This document shows, piece after piece, positions 1-8,713 of a stretch of 32,000 nucleotides of DNA (its first letter is position 1; the number at the start of each line of letters is the position of its first letter). A program made the translations under genes and the position numbers. Location: NCBI RefSeq assembly GCF_900232105.1, contig NZ_LT934425.1, positions 1,740,001-1,772,000 of the forward strand, read 5' to 3'. This DNA is from Candidatus Kuenenia stuttgartensis. GTDB taxonomy: Bacteria; Planctomycetota; Brocadiia; Brocadiales; Brocadiaceae. The notes under the pieces are model-generated. The model saw only the letters and a program-made list of their open reading frames with translations. It had not been told where the DNA came from and did not search any database.

Positions 1-98
1 TCCTTAACACTGGCTCTTTTGATGTACTTTAAGTTCTTTATGGACAGCAAAGTACCGGTGTTTTAAAAAATTATAACAAATTAATTTTATCGCTTAAT

Positions 99-126
99 TA
101 TACTGCCTGCAAAAAACGGCAGTATA
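99..126 (+). promoter_or_regulatory. Hairpin in the tyrS leader (TATACTGCC-N10-GGCAGTATA)
   Basis: Perfect 9-bp inverted repeat a few nt upstream of the Shine-Dalgarno-like ATAGGAG and the tyrS ATG. Function unknown; it could also be the end of an upstream transcript. Confidence 0.35.
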
Positions 127-151
127 TTTTCCAATAGGAGACGCACCGCCT

Positions 152-1366
152 ATGCCGAAAGACGTAAATGAACAAATGGAAATCTTGCTGCGCGGAACAG
201 TAGATATTGTTTCTAAAGGTGAACTGATAAAAAAAATAGACCGCTCAATGCAGGAAAAAAGGCCGCTTCGCGTAAAACTGGGGCTTGACCCCACTGCGCC
301 GGATATCCATATAGGGAATGCCATCCCAATTCACAAATTACGGGCGTTCCAGTCGCTGGGGCACACGGCCATTCTCATCATCGGCGACTATACGGCCGTC
401 GTGGGCGACCCTTCGGGAGTAAACAAGACACGACCAATGATAACGCACGATAAGGTTCTGGAAAACGCGAAAACGTACCTTACCCAGGCTGGGAAAATAC
501 TCGATATGGATAAGACAGAGGTCGTTTATAACAGCAAATGGTTCAAATCAATGACCTTTAACGACGTCATCCAACTCGTCTCAAAAATGACCGTTGCGCG
601 AATGATGGAACGGGACGACTTTTCGAAGCGTTATAAGGCAGGTTCTCCCATCAGTCTGCATGAATTTATCTATCCGCTGATGCAGGGATACGACTCCATT
701 ATGGTAAAGAACGACGTTGAACTTGGGGGTACCGATCAATTATTCAGTCTGCTTGTGGGAAGGGATTTACAGAAGGACGCCGGCATGGAACCGCAGGTAG
801 TACTTACCACCTCGCTCCTGGAAGGAATCGATGGCAATAAGAAGATGAGTAAAAGCCTAAACAACTACATCGGCATCACCGAACCGCCGCGGGAAATGTT
901 CGGCAAGGTAATGTCCATCCCCGATAATTTAATGCGCAAATACTTTGAGCTTGCGACGGATGTAAGCATTGAAGATATACAGCAGTTGCTTGACGAAAAA
1001 ACCCATCCACGCACAGCAAAGGTTGCGCTTGCAAAGGCCATAGTAACTCGCTACCACAACCTCCAGGCAGCGGAAGCCGCCGCGGAAGAATTTGACCGTG
1101 TTTTTAAAGAAGGCGCACTTCCGGACGAAATACCCATTATCTCCATACCTGACGGCGAACTTGAAAACGGCAAAATATGGATCACGAAACTCATAGTAAG
1201 CTGTAAATTTGCCGCTACAAACGGCGAGGCGCGCCGGTTGATCCAACAAGGCGGTGTATCTGTAAACAGTGAAACCATTAATGACCCCACGCTAAATATA
1301 GAAATTACGCCGGGTATGACCCTTAAAGTGGGAAAACGCAGATTTGCAAAAATAGTGTTGCAATAG
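152..1366 (+). CDS. tyrS: Tyrosyl-tRNA synthetase
   Basis: 404 aa ORF with class I aaRS signatures: LGLDPTAPDIHIGN (HIGH motif) and KMSKS, plus C-terminal S4 domain. SD ATAGGAG upstream of ATG at 152. Confidence 0.97.
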   Translation: MPKDVNEQMEILLRGTVDIVSKGELIKKIDRSMQEKRPLRVKLGLDPTAPDIHIGNAIPIHKLRAFQSLGHTAILIIGDYTAVVGDPSGVNKTRPMITHDKVLENAKTYLTQAGKILDMDKTEVVYNSKWFKSMTFNDVIQLVSKMTVARMMERDDFSKRYKAGSPISLHEFIYPLMQGYDSIMVKNDVELGGTDQLFSLLVGRDLQKDAGMEPQVVLTTSLLEGIDGNKKMSKSLNNYIGITEPPREMFGKVMSIPDNLMRKYFELATDVSIEDIQQLLDEKTHPRTAKVALAKAIVTRYHNLQAAEAAAEEFDRVFKEGALPDEIPIISIPDGELENGKIWITKLIVSCKFAATNGEARRLIQQGGVSVNSETINDPTLNIEITPGMTLKVGKRRFAKIVLQ

Positions 1367-1569
1367 TAATTGCGCAGGGTGCATTCCCCCCGTTTTTCGG
1401 TAAAAACATTAAACGCAGAGGATTGAATGAGAGACAGAGGTTATAGGTTATATTATTTTCTATCAATCTTACTAAAGAAGGGTTCGCTTAAACAAAAACA
1501 ATACAAGTATTATACAAAAATAGTAGCCGACCCTATTTTACTCCATAATGGGTGATTCCACTCATCTTC

Positions 1570-1926
1570 CTAATGTAATGTTCTTTGGCGGATACACCTT
1601 CTTTCTACAACTGTAAACTTATGCAATATTTGTAAACGGCCACTCCTAAGGATATCTAATAAAATTTGAGCAGGCTCTTCAGGTGTAAAAGGATCTAAAC
1701 GGAAATATACAACGCCAACAGGAGTTACTGATCTATACTTATAGATCAATTCTCCATAATCTTTGTCAAACGTCAAAATTATCCGATTTTCCTCATAAGC
1801 ACGCTTTAAAACATTGAAATCTTTGAGTCCAGGCGTATCTTCAATTACAGATGCTACATTATGACCGTTACCACGTAAGATTCGAATACTGACGCCCGGA
1901 AAATTTTCATTTGCCAAAAAATCCAT
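1570..1926 (-). CDS. DUF5615 (PIN-like) family protein, putative toxin component
   Basis: From the internal Met: MDFLANENFPGVSIRILRGNGHNVASVIED...ILTFDKDYGELIYKYR, typical of the DUF5615 PIN-like family. Start overlaps the upstream gene's stop (TGATG). Confidence 0.8.
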   Translation of the reverse strand: MDFLANENFPGVSIRILRGNGHNVASVIEDTPGLKDFNVLKRAYEENRIILTFDKDYGELIYKYRSVTPVGVVYFRLDPFTPEEPAQILLDILRSGRLQILHKFTVVERRCIRQRTLH

Positions 1927-2174
1927 CAATTTGTCCCTGAAGGAATTGTATATAATGCTTCTTCGCGCATGCACTCGGCTGAAAAGGCAAATACAGCACG
2001 CAAACTTTCCTTTGTTAATGTTGGATAGTTTTCAATTATTTGCCGCTCTGTCCAGCCGTTTGCAAAAAGACCCAGAATGAATTCCACGGATAATCTCGTT
2101 CCTTTTACCACTGGCTTACCAAGCAAAATTTCCGGATCTGAATGTATAAAATTTCTCCAATTAATCTCAGGCAT
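1926..2174 (-). CDS. DUF433 domain-containing protein, putative antitoxin component
   Basis: MPEINWRNFIHSDPEILLGKPVVKGTRLSVEFILGLFANGWTERQIIENYPTLTKESLRAVFAFSAE matches the DUF433 signature (I..DP.I..GKPVI.GTR..V..IL). Translationally coupled to the DUF5615 gene. Confidence 0.85.
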   Translation of the reverse strand: MPEINWRNFIHSDPEILLGKPVVKGTRLSVEFILGLFANGWTERQIIENYPTLTKESLRAVFAFSAECMREEALYTIPSGTN

Positions 2175-2202
2175 TTTAACCCCCCTTTTTAATCCAAAAA
2201 TA

Positions 2203-2232
2203 GTTGACCCTGCTTTTCCCCAGTTGGTCAAC
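2203..2232. promoter_or_regulatory. Candidate operator palindrome GTTGACC-N16-GGTCAAC upstream of the DUF433 gene
   Basis: Perfect 7-bp inverted repeat just upstream of the predicted antitoxin ATG at 2174. A second hairpin (TTAGAT-N7-ATCTAA) lies at 2242..2260. Confidence 0.3.
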
Positions 2233-2478
2233 CCTACCCCGTTAGATAATAAACATCTAATGAAATTGACGTATTTTTTCAAATTGCGGACTTTGGCTTA
2301 TTTATCAAGGTTTTACAAGTAATCCAAGTCTTTAGTGATAGCAAAACAAAAAACACGTCGCTAATCGTGTCTATTAGAATGTAATTTGTCAATTTGAAAG
2401 ATTCGACCCCTTCGGCTTCTTACTTAATATTTAAGATGTGACCCTTTTACTCCTCGGTAAAACAGATAAAAACAAGAC

Positions 2479-3009
2479 TTACTTCAACTCCTTTATCAAA
2501 TAATATGTTACCCACCCACGTTTGCCATTTAAAGTTTCTACCAGTACACCATTGCCTTCACGCCTTATAAGCTTTACTCTATCGCCATGTTTAGCGGTTA
2601 CAGAGATTCCCTTTGAACGGTTTTTATAATCATTCCAAAGATTTATATTATGTATAGTAATTGGTGGATTAGTGCCTGCATCATAACCATCCAGGGTAAC
2701 ATATTGTTCTTTTTGATTAGCAGACAGTTTTATAATTCCTTCTAACTTTTTATTCCTTTTGTCTCCCTGATTAAATATTGATCCGTATTTTTTTTCTATT
2801 GAAACATACGAGAATATAACCCACCCTATTACGAGAATTGATATTATTGCCAATAAAACAACAATCCAAATAGTTTGAGTTGATTTTTTTCCTTTATTCT
2901 CTGGATTCAAGAAATATTTTCTATTTTCTGATGGTGGAAAGCGATATCCGCATTCACAAGATTCTGCATCATCAGGACTCATTAATTTGCATGATGGGCA
3001 CTGTAACAT
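2479..3009 (-). CDS. Zinc-ribbon, single-TM, SH3-like domain membrane protein
   Basis: N-terminal CPSC...CECGYRF ribbon, hydrophobic helix TIWIVVLLAIISILVIGWVIFSYV, C-terminal SH3b-like GDRVKLIRREGNGVLVETLNGKRGWVTYYLIKEL. Confidence 0.7.
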   Translation of the reverse strand: MLQCPSCKLMSPDDAESCECGYRFPPSENRKYFLNPENKGKKSTQTIWIVVLLAIISILVIGWVIFSYVSIEKKYGSIFNQGDKRNKKLEGIIKLSANQKEQYVTLDGYDAGTNPPITIHNINLWNDYKNRSKGISVTAKHGDRVKLIRREGNGVLVETLNGKRGWVTYYLIKELK

Positions 3010-3065
3010 TTTTTCTCTATTTTTTATTCAATCTTGCTGTATTATTTAGGATTAGAATTGTTTTT

Positions 3066-4553
3066 CTACTTCTCTTGTTCTGCCAATATTTGCTTTGCTT
3101 CTTTTAAATCTATCTTTGCTTTATGACCGTGTTTCTCAAGTAAATGTAAAAGATTGCTGCCGTTTAGCAATGTAAGTGGTTTTCCTTTGGCAAATTCATA
3201 TGCATCAGGACCATAGTCGGCAGTAGACACTAATATCCCTTTTGTTGCACCCTCATTCATGACAGTTCCAAAAAGATCACGAACGGCAGAAACACCGACA
3301 GTATTTGTATAACGTTTGGCTTGAATTACTATTTTGCCTCCTCTGATTGGATCGGGATCAAAAGCTACTGCATCAACCCCTGCATCTCTGCTGGATCGGG
3401 TAACTTTAACCTCTCCTCCAGATTGAGAAAATTCCTTTTCAAAAAGCTCTCTGATCAAATGTTCAAAATCTTCCCAATCCATTGCGGCGAGATTGTAAGT
3501 GTCGCCTAATTCGTCAACAACTTGGTAGGAAGATACAAATCTTTTGTCTTCACGACTAATCTGTAATATTGGTGCAATTGGTGTTAGACTGTGAAGTTTT
3601 GAACTGCCAATGCCTTTTAGTTTCTTAAAACAAGCCTTTGGGTCTACATGTTCTAAATTAATTGACAAAAATTCCTGTTTATTTGCTTGAACAGATACTA
3701 TGCAGGCAGTTATTGTTTGTCCTGTGGCTTTATCTATTGACTCCACAATGCCATTAAAAATGATTGAGTCAATGGCATTTACAACATCAGATTCGTATAG
3801 TTCATGAATTGTTCTTAGTGTGATTTGATAAATAAGATCATCATAAAGGTTATTAACTGTTGAATCTGCAAGAAAACTTTCTGAAAACTCATCCCTCGTT
3901 TTGATATATTTTACTTCCTTTAATCTTGGGAGTGCATCAATGGGAGGTAATGAGTAATCTACAATCATTATTTTTGTTTCGGGGTTATAATCCAGGTCAA
4001 ATTCCTGGGGGAAATAATATGGATAATCTGAGGTTGATAAAACATACTTACAATATTTAATTAAAGCATGAGGTTGTTTCTCAAAATATTGTTCTTTTAT
4101 TCTATATATTTCAATATTTCTTTTTTGTTTTTCAAGAAATTCTCGTTCCTCTTTTTCCCATAGTTTTAGTTTGTCTTGATATAGTTTCTGAAGTTCTTCA
4201 TTTTTTTTGGTAATTTCTTCTTTAGCTTCTAGCCACTCATTATAATTAATTTTAAATAAACGTTCCGCACGGTCTATTTTTTCTTGTTTACGCGAAGGGA
4301 ATATTTTGTCCAAAAATTCAAATTTTGGCTGGTAATATTGATTAGTTCTCTTCGGCAGCTTAGAAATTTCTAATAGTTCTGGTAGTTGAGGTTTTTGCTT
4401 AAGGAATTTAGATTCATTCTTCAACGCTTCCCACTCAATTGTATAGTTTTTATTCAGCGCATGCTTTAGAATGACCTCTATTTCTTTTATAGCTTCTGTT
4501 GCTTCTTTGGTTTGTTCAATTGCCAATTTAGTTTTTAACTGTCTATTTTCCAT
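3066..4553 (-). CDS. Mrr-type restriction endonuclease domain protein with a coiled-coil N-terminus
   Basis: C-terminus SRDAGVDAVAFDPDPIRGGKIVIQAKRYTNTVGVSAVRDLFGTVMNEGATKGILVSTADYGPDAYEFAKGKPLTLLNG is a classic Mrr_cat motif (D...QAKR). Long charged coiled-coil N-terminus. The reading frame extends to 4586; the internal Met at 4553 is an alternative start. Confidence 0.8.
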   Translation of the reverse strand: MENRQLKTKLAIEQTKEATEAIKEIEVILKHALNKNYTIEWEALKNESKFLKQKPQLPELLEISKLPKRTNQYYQPKFEFLDKIFPSRKQEKIDRAERLFKINYNEWLEAKEEITKKNEELQKLYQDKLKLWEKEEREFLEKQKRNIEIYRIKEQYFEKQPHALIKYCKYVLSTSDYPYYFPQEFDLDYNPETKIMIVDYSLPPIDALPRLKEVKYIKTRDEFSESFLADSTVNNLYDDLIYQITLRTIHELYESDVVNAIDSIIFNGIVESIDKATGQTITACIVSVQANKQEFLSINLEHVDPKACFKKLKGIGSSKLHSLTPIAPILQISREDKRFVSSYQVVDELGDTYNLAAMDWEDFEHLIRELFEKEFSQSGGEVKVTRSSRDAGVDAVAFDPDPIRGGKIVIQAKRYTNTVGVSAVRDLFGTVMNEGATKGILVSTADYGPDAYEFAKGKPLTLLNGSNLLHLLEKHGHKAKIDLKEAKQILAEQEK

Positions 4554-4773
4554 TTTCAACTTTCCACATTTCATTCCATGCGACAATCTTAGTCTCAGCC
4601 ATTTGTTCCACTACATCCCTGTCACGCCCACGAATAACGCGGTATTTATTTAAACCTTCATGTCTGATTTCTGCTTTCCACATAGTAGCTCCGCTACTCG
4701 AACCTCTCGTTTGGCTCCTTGATTCCATGCTTCTCAATACATTTCTGATCATCACATCATAATTTCTTGCCAT
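4543..4773 (-). CDS. Small hypothetical protein overlapping the start of the Mrr-like gene
   Basis: 76 aa ORF (MARNYDVMIRNVLRSMESRSQTRGSSS...) overlapping the next ORF by 11 nt if that gene starts at 4553. No recognised domain. Confidence 0.4.
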   Translation of the reverse strand: MARNYDVMIRNVLRSMESRSQTRGSSSGATMWKAEIRHEGLNKYRVIRGRDRDVVEQMAETKIVAWNEMWKVENGK

Positions 4774-4882
4774 ACTTAATATTCCTTCATTTCAATAATG
4801 GAGTATAATAAACGGTTATTTTCCTATTTTCGGATTTTAAAGGTAATAGTCGCTAACCACGTTTTTCCATATCAAATCTTTT

Positions 4883-5287
4883 CTATTTTAATATCAGCCA
4901 CCTTAATTCAAAATACAGTTCTGGAAATTCATAATCCTCATCTGAATTATTCCAGCATTCCCGGATGCATATAACTGCTTTGTCTGATTCTGAGTATGCC
5001 AAAGAAACAGTAAAATAATGTGCTGGGTTATCATACGTAGATGTAATAGGCAATTGCCTTTCATAACTACCATAATCACCACCAATATCTGCAAATCCCA
5101 TAACACCTCTAATTTCAGATTCTATGTTACCAATTATAAATATTTGTGAGTCAAAACTACCTGCTCCAACCTCAATCGACTCAAACTCAACATCTACAAT
5201 ACCTTTATCATTAATTTTAACCCTATCTGCAAAAAGAGTTGTTGTGCTAACAAAAAGTACTGTTAAACAAATAAATATTTTATACAT
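4883..5287 (-). CDS. Hypothetical secreted protein
   Basis: N-terminal signal peptide-like MYKIFICLTVLFVSTTTLFA-DRV; 134 aa. Confidence 0.6.
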   Translation of the reverse strand: MYKIFICLTVLFVSTTTLFADRVKINDKGIVDVEFESIEVGAGSFDSQIFIIGNIESEIRGVMGFADIGGDYGSYERQLPITSTYDNPAHYFTVSLAYSESDKAVICIRECWNNSDEDYEFPELYFELRWLILK

Positions 5288-5408
5288 TTTTCATTCTCCT
5301 TCTTTGGCAATTAAAGTGACATCATATTAAATTTTAATTAAATGAATTAAGCAAGGTACTATCATAGAAATTTAAAAAAATGTTGTTCAATCAATTTTAT
5401 GCTAACCT

Positions 5409-5840
5409 CTATTTATAACGTATTAATTTACATTTAATTTTTAAATTCCATGCGTAAGAATCTCTGTCTATAACATCATTATTAACAATGGTACGATAGA
5501 AAACAATTTTCCCCTTTTTCGTATTCGCAAATGCCACGTCCCAATATTCAATAATATTATCTGCTTTATCATCGGGTTCTAAATAAACAATTGCAGTGGT
5601 AGGAAGATTAAATATCCAGCTTCCAGATTCTACATTTGCCAATATTTGATGTGGAATTTTGTTTCCAAGTGTTTCAATATCATAACGTTCTGTTATGCCC
5701 TCACCAGCCTTAACGAGGACGCTTCCCAATTCTAAATCTTCTGTAATTCTATCAAACACCTCAATATCATCTGCAAAAACAATAGTTATAGGAATTGCAA
5801 CTATTACCATCAATATTAAAAATATCATTATTTTTTTCAT
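5409..5840 (-). CDS. Hypothetical secreted protein
   Basis: Signal peptide-like MKKIMIFLILMVIVAIPITIVFA-DD; 143 aa; no recognised domain. Confidence 0.6.
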   Translation of the reverse strand: MKKIMIFLILMVIVAIPITIVFADDIEVFDRITEDLELGSVLVKAGEGITERYDIETLGNKIPHQILANVESGSWIFNLPTTAIVYLEPDDKADNIIEYWDVAFANTKKGKIVFYRTIVNNDVIDRDSYAWNLKIKCKLIRYK

Positions 5841-6277
5841 ATCAATCCCTCCACAATTTTTAGAATAATGTTAAATGGCCTTTATAATAATCACTTTTCT
5901 TTCAACACAATCTCAATCTCCTTTTCCTCTCCTTCTTCAAGATTCACGCTATATTTTGATTAAAAAAATGCAAAAATAACAACTGTACCAATTTTGTACT
6001 AAAATCAACCCAAAAGGATAGAATTAATCGTAATGAATAAAATTGATATAACGCTTACAAACCCTTTATATTAAAGGCAAAACAGGAAATCGGTACAATA
6101 TCAAGGACTTTAGAATTTTTACTATTTCATATTGCGAATCTGAACCTGCTCAGGGACATGAAGGGGTTGCAAAAAAAGAATGGAAATGTTCCAAATTAAG
6201 TATGGTGTCCCCTAAATCACCGGATTATTTATTTTCATCCCCGTTGCGACCAAATGCCCGTTGATGTTTCCTTTGTG

Positions 6278-8422
6278 TTAAAACTGATAACTTAATCCTA
6301 CAAAATACGTCCTCCCCGGCCTTGGCAAATCCTCTGCTATGGAAACAGGCCCGGGGTCTTTATAGTCTTTATCAAACACATTAAATATCGTGCCCTGCAC
6401 GTTCATTGTGCCAAAAAAATTTCTCCCGGTAACAGAAAGATTTACCAATGCATATGAGGGCATATCGTCCCTGCCGTCATCCTCCTCCCGGTATCGTTTC
6501 CCGCTAAAAAAGGCGCTTGCATTTGTGTTTATGTATCTGCATGGCTGCACATTGATCCCAATGTTGCCTTTATGCTTCGCCACAAAGGGCAGCTCATTTC
6601 CGTGATCATCCTCCGGATCCTGAAACGTATAATTAAAAAACACATAATTGCCAGGTGATACATTTATCTTCGTCTCTACCTCAAATCCCTGAACACGCGC
6701 ATCACCGAAATTATCATACTGCCAGGTCTCACTGGCAGAATCCAGGGCGCGGAGCATTATAAGATTTTTGATATTATTGTTAAAGTAATTAATACTGCTC
6801 GTGACATGTTTGTTGAAGGTATACATCAATCCCATTTCCATTGTGCGGATAATCTCCGGGTCCAAATCCTCATTCCCCAATCTTGCAGGCTGATTCACGG
6901 TAAACATCTCAAGAAAGCTTGGTGCGCGAAATGCTTCGCCATATAAAAACTTCAACGTAGCGTTCTCCATAAACTTCCAGGTCAAACCGGAGCGGGGACT
7001 CGTCGCATTGCCAAAATCATTATATTCATCATGTCTGGCGCCTAAAGTAAGGCTTATATCCTCGGTAATATCCCAGGTATCCTGTATATAAACAGACCAG
7101 ATATTCCTCGTCGTTTCTTTCAGAAAAGGATAGGTATCCGTAAAATCTTTCATCGATTCCAGCGGGTCCATGGTTAACGGGTCGAAATTTGCCGAATACC
7201 TGACGTCTGTTTGCTGAATACGCCGATATTCAAAACCCACTGTAATGATATTGCCGTCAAATAGTTCATAGTCGAAAGGCATCTCTGCGCCAATAATTCT
7301 CTGTATCACTTTCCCGTCGCCAACAAAGCCGTCGGGATATGTTTTAAAAGTATCATAGACGCCGTCGTTGTTTGTGTCAAAGGACAGGGTTGCGCCTTCC
7401 GGAAAAGATTCAACGTAGGAATCGTCGTCGAATTGATCGTAATAAACCCTCGGTTTTACGGTAAAGATATCTTCAAATGTTTTTTTGTATCCAACCTCGG
7501 CAAATACATAATTGCTCTCAATATCTGATTCATCGGCCAGTGCGTGCTGAGGGCCGATAAAAGGCCCCCGGTTTTTATTGTTATACCATCCCAGCAGATA
7601 AACATCCTTATACGCCATTTTTAAATGCAGACTATACTCCCTTCTCCAGTCCTCTACCTCTCCAGGGGCTTGCGATACGGCGGGAAATCCATAAGGGGAC
7701 AACGATTTATCCAGCACAGACTGGCTGTCGCTTTCTACAATGCCGTCATAACCATTCGTATCTCTGTAATGCATCATGCCGGAAACTTCAATGTTTCCAT
7801 ATCGCTTGCCAAACACAATGTTTTCCTCCAACGTGTCATAGCTTCCAAAACCGCTGTCCACCAGTATGCCGTCTATATCTGCCCCGTTTTTTGTAATAAT
7901 ATTAATCACCGACAAAAAGGCATTTTCTCCGTACAATGCGGAACCCGGTCCGCGTATAATCTCTATTTTCTTAATATTTTTTAACGGGAAATCGTCAAAA
8001 TTGCCAAAAGCGCTGCCGTCTAAGGGATTATTCACAAAGTGGCCATCAATCATTACCCGCACCCTGTTTGCGCCGTCAAGACCCCTCACCGCAGGAAATA
8101 TTCCGCCAAAATTCCCCGATTTTAGTATTTCATAGCCCGGCACAGTCCGCAATAATTCAGAGAAGGTACGATATCCGGAATGGGAAATCTCCTCACCATT
8201 TAATACCGTTACTATGCCCGGCGCCTTGCTTATGCGCACCCCATGCCTGGTCGATATAGCAACTTCGGTTTCCGCCAGCAACCATCTGATCTCCTCATGA
8301 ATTGCATTGGTAATTTCAACAGGTTCCGTATTTTCTTGGTAGGGGAAATCTTCCGCCAGGACAGGCATCATGGTGAAACTTGTGTAAATTGCGAAAAATG
8401 CTGTAATAATCAATCTTTTCAT
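6278..8422 (-). CDS. TonB-dependent outer-membrane receptor (plug and beta-barrel)
   Basis: Signal peptide MKRLIITAFFAIYTSFTMMPVLA. Plug motifs RHGVRISKAPGIVTVLNGEEI...RTVPGYEI..., IEIIRGPGSALYGENAFLSVINIITK. C-terminal NVFDKDYKDPGP...RPGRTYFVGLSYQF. Reading frame extends to 8461. Confidence 0.95.
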   Translation of the reverse strand: MKRLIITAFFAIYTSFTMMPVLAEDFPYQENTEPVEITNAIHEEIRWLLAETEVAISTRHGVRISKAPGIVTVLNGEEISHSGYRTFSELLRTVPGYEILKSGNFGGIFPAVRGLDGANRVRVMIDGHFVNNPLDGSAFGNFDDFPLKNIKKIEIIRGPGSALYGENAFLSVINIITKNGADIDGILVDSGFGSYDTLEENIVFGKRYGNIEVSGMMHYRDTNGYDGIVESDSQSVLDKSLSPYGFPAVSQAPGEVEDWRREYSLHLKMAYKDVYLLGWYNNKNRGPFIGPQHALADESDIESNYVFAEVGYKKTFEDIFTVKPRVYYDQFDDDSYVESFPEGATLSFDTNNDGVYDTFKTYPDGFVGDGKVIQRIIGAEMPFDYELFDGNIITVGFEYRRIQQTDVRYSANFDPLTMDPLESMKDFTDTYPFLKETTRNIWSVYIQDTWDITEDISLTLGARHDEYNDFGNATSPRSGLTWKFMENATLKFLYGEAFRAPSFLEMFTVNQPARLGNEDLDPEIIRTMEMGLMYTFNKHVTSSINYFNNNIKNLIMLRALDSASETWQYDNFGDARVQGFEVETKINVSPGNYVFFNYTFQDPEDDHGNELPFVAKHKGNIGINVQPCRYINTNASAFFSGKRYREEDDGRDDMPSYALVNLSVTGRNFFGTMNVQGTIFNVFDKDYKDPGPVSIAEDLPRPGRTYFVGLSYQF

Positions 8423-8564
8423 TTTAACGCCTGAATTTGCCAGAGAATGGCTATTAAGCATTTGCTATTAAGGATAAAAAAAATTGCGCAGAAAAAATGC
8501 AAGGCACATTGTCTCATCTTTATGAGCCGGGCAGGTTTTTATTCTCAACGTGAAAATTTCCGGG

Positions 8565-8593
8565 ATTATACAAATAAGATTTTCTCAAAGCAA
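8565..8593 (-). promoter_or_regulatory. Predicted sigma70 promoter for the TonB receptor gene
   Basis: Minus strand TTGCTT-N17-TATAAT (with TG just upstream of the -10). Implies a leader of roughly 135 nt. Confidence 0.5.
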
Positions 8594-8624
8594 CTCCATA
8601 AACCTTATTCGTTCATAAAAATGC

Positions 8625-8652
8625 TTGACACGCACAGATATTCATATATATT
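8625..8652 (+). promoter_or_regulatory. Predicted sigma70 promoter for the binding-protein gene pair
   Basis: TTGACA-N16-TATATT, divergent from the receptor promoter. Confidence 0.55.
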
Positions 8653-8713
8653 TTTCGTGCATATTGTTTATTTGTAATTTATTTGCGACAACCTTCTCGT
8701 CTCTTTCTTTATA

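Noticed and set aside
7625-7984. 119-aa plus-strand ORF opposite the TonB receptor
   Set aside because: Antisense to well-supported TonB receptor coding sequence.
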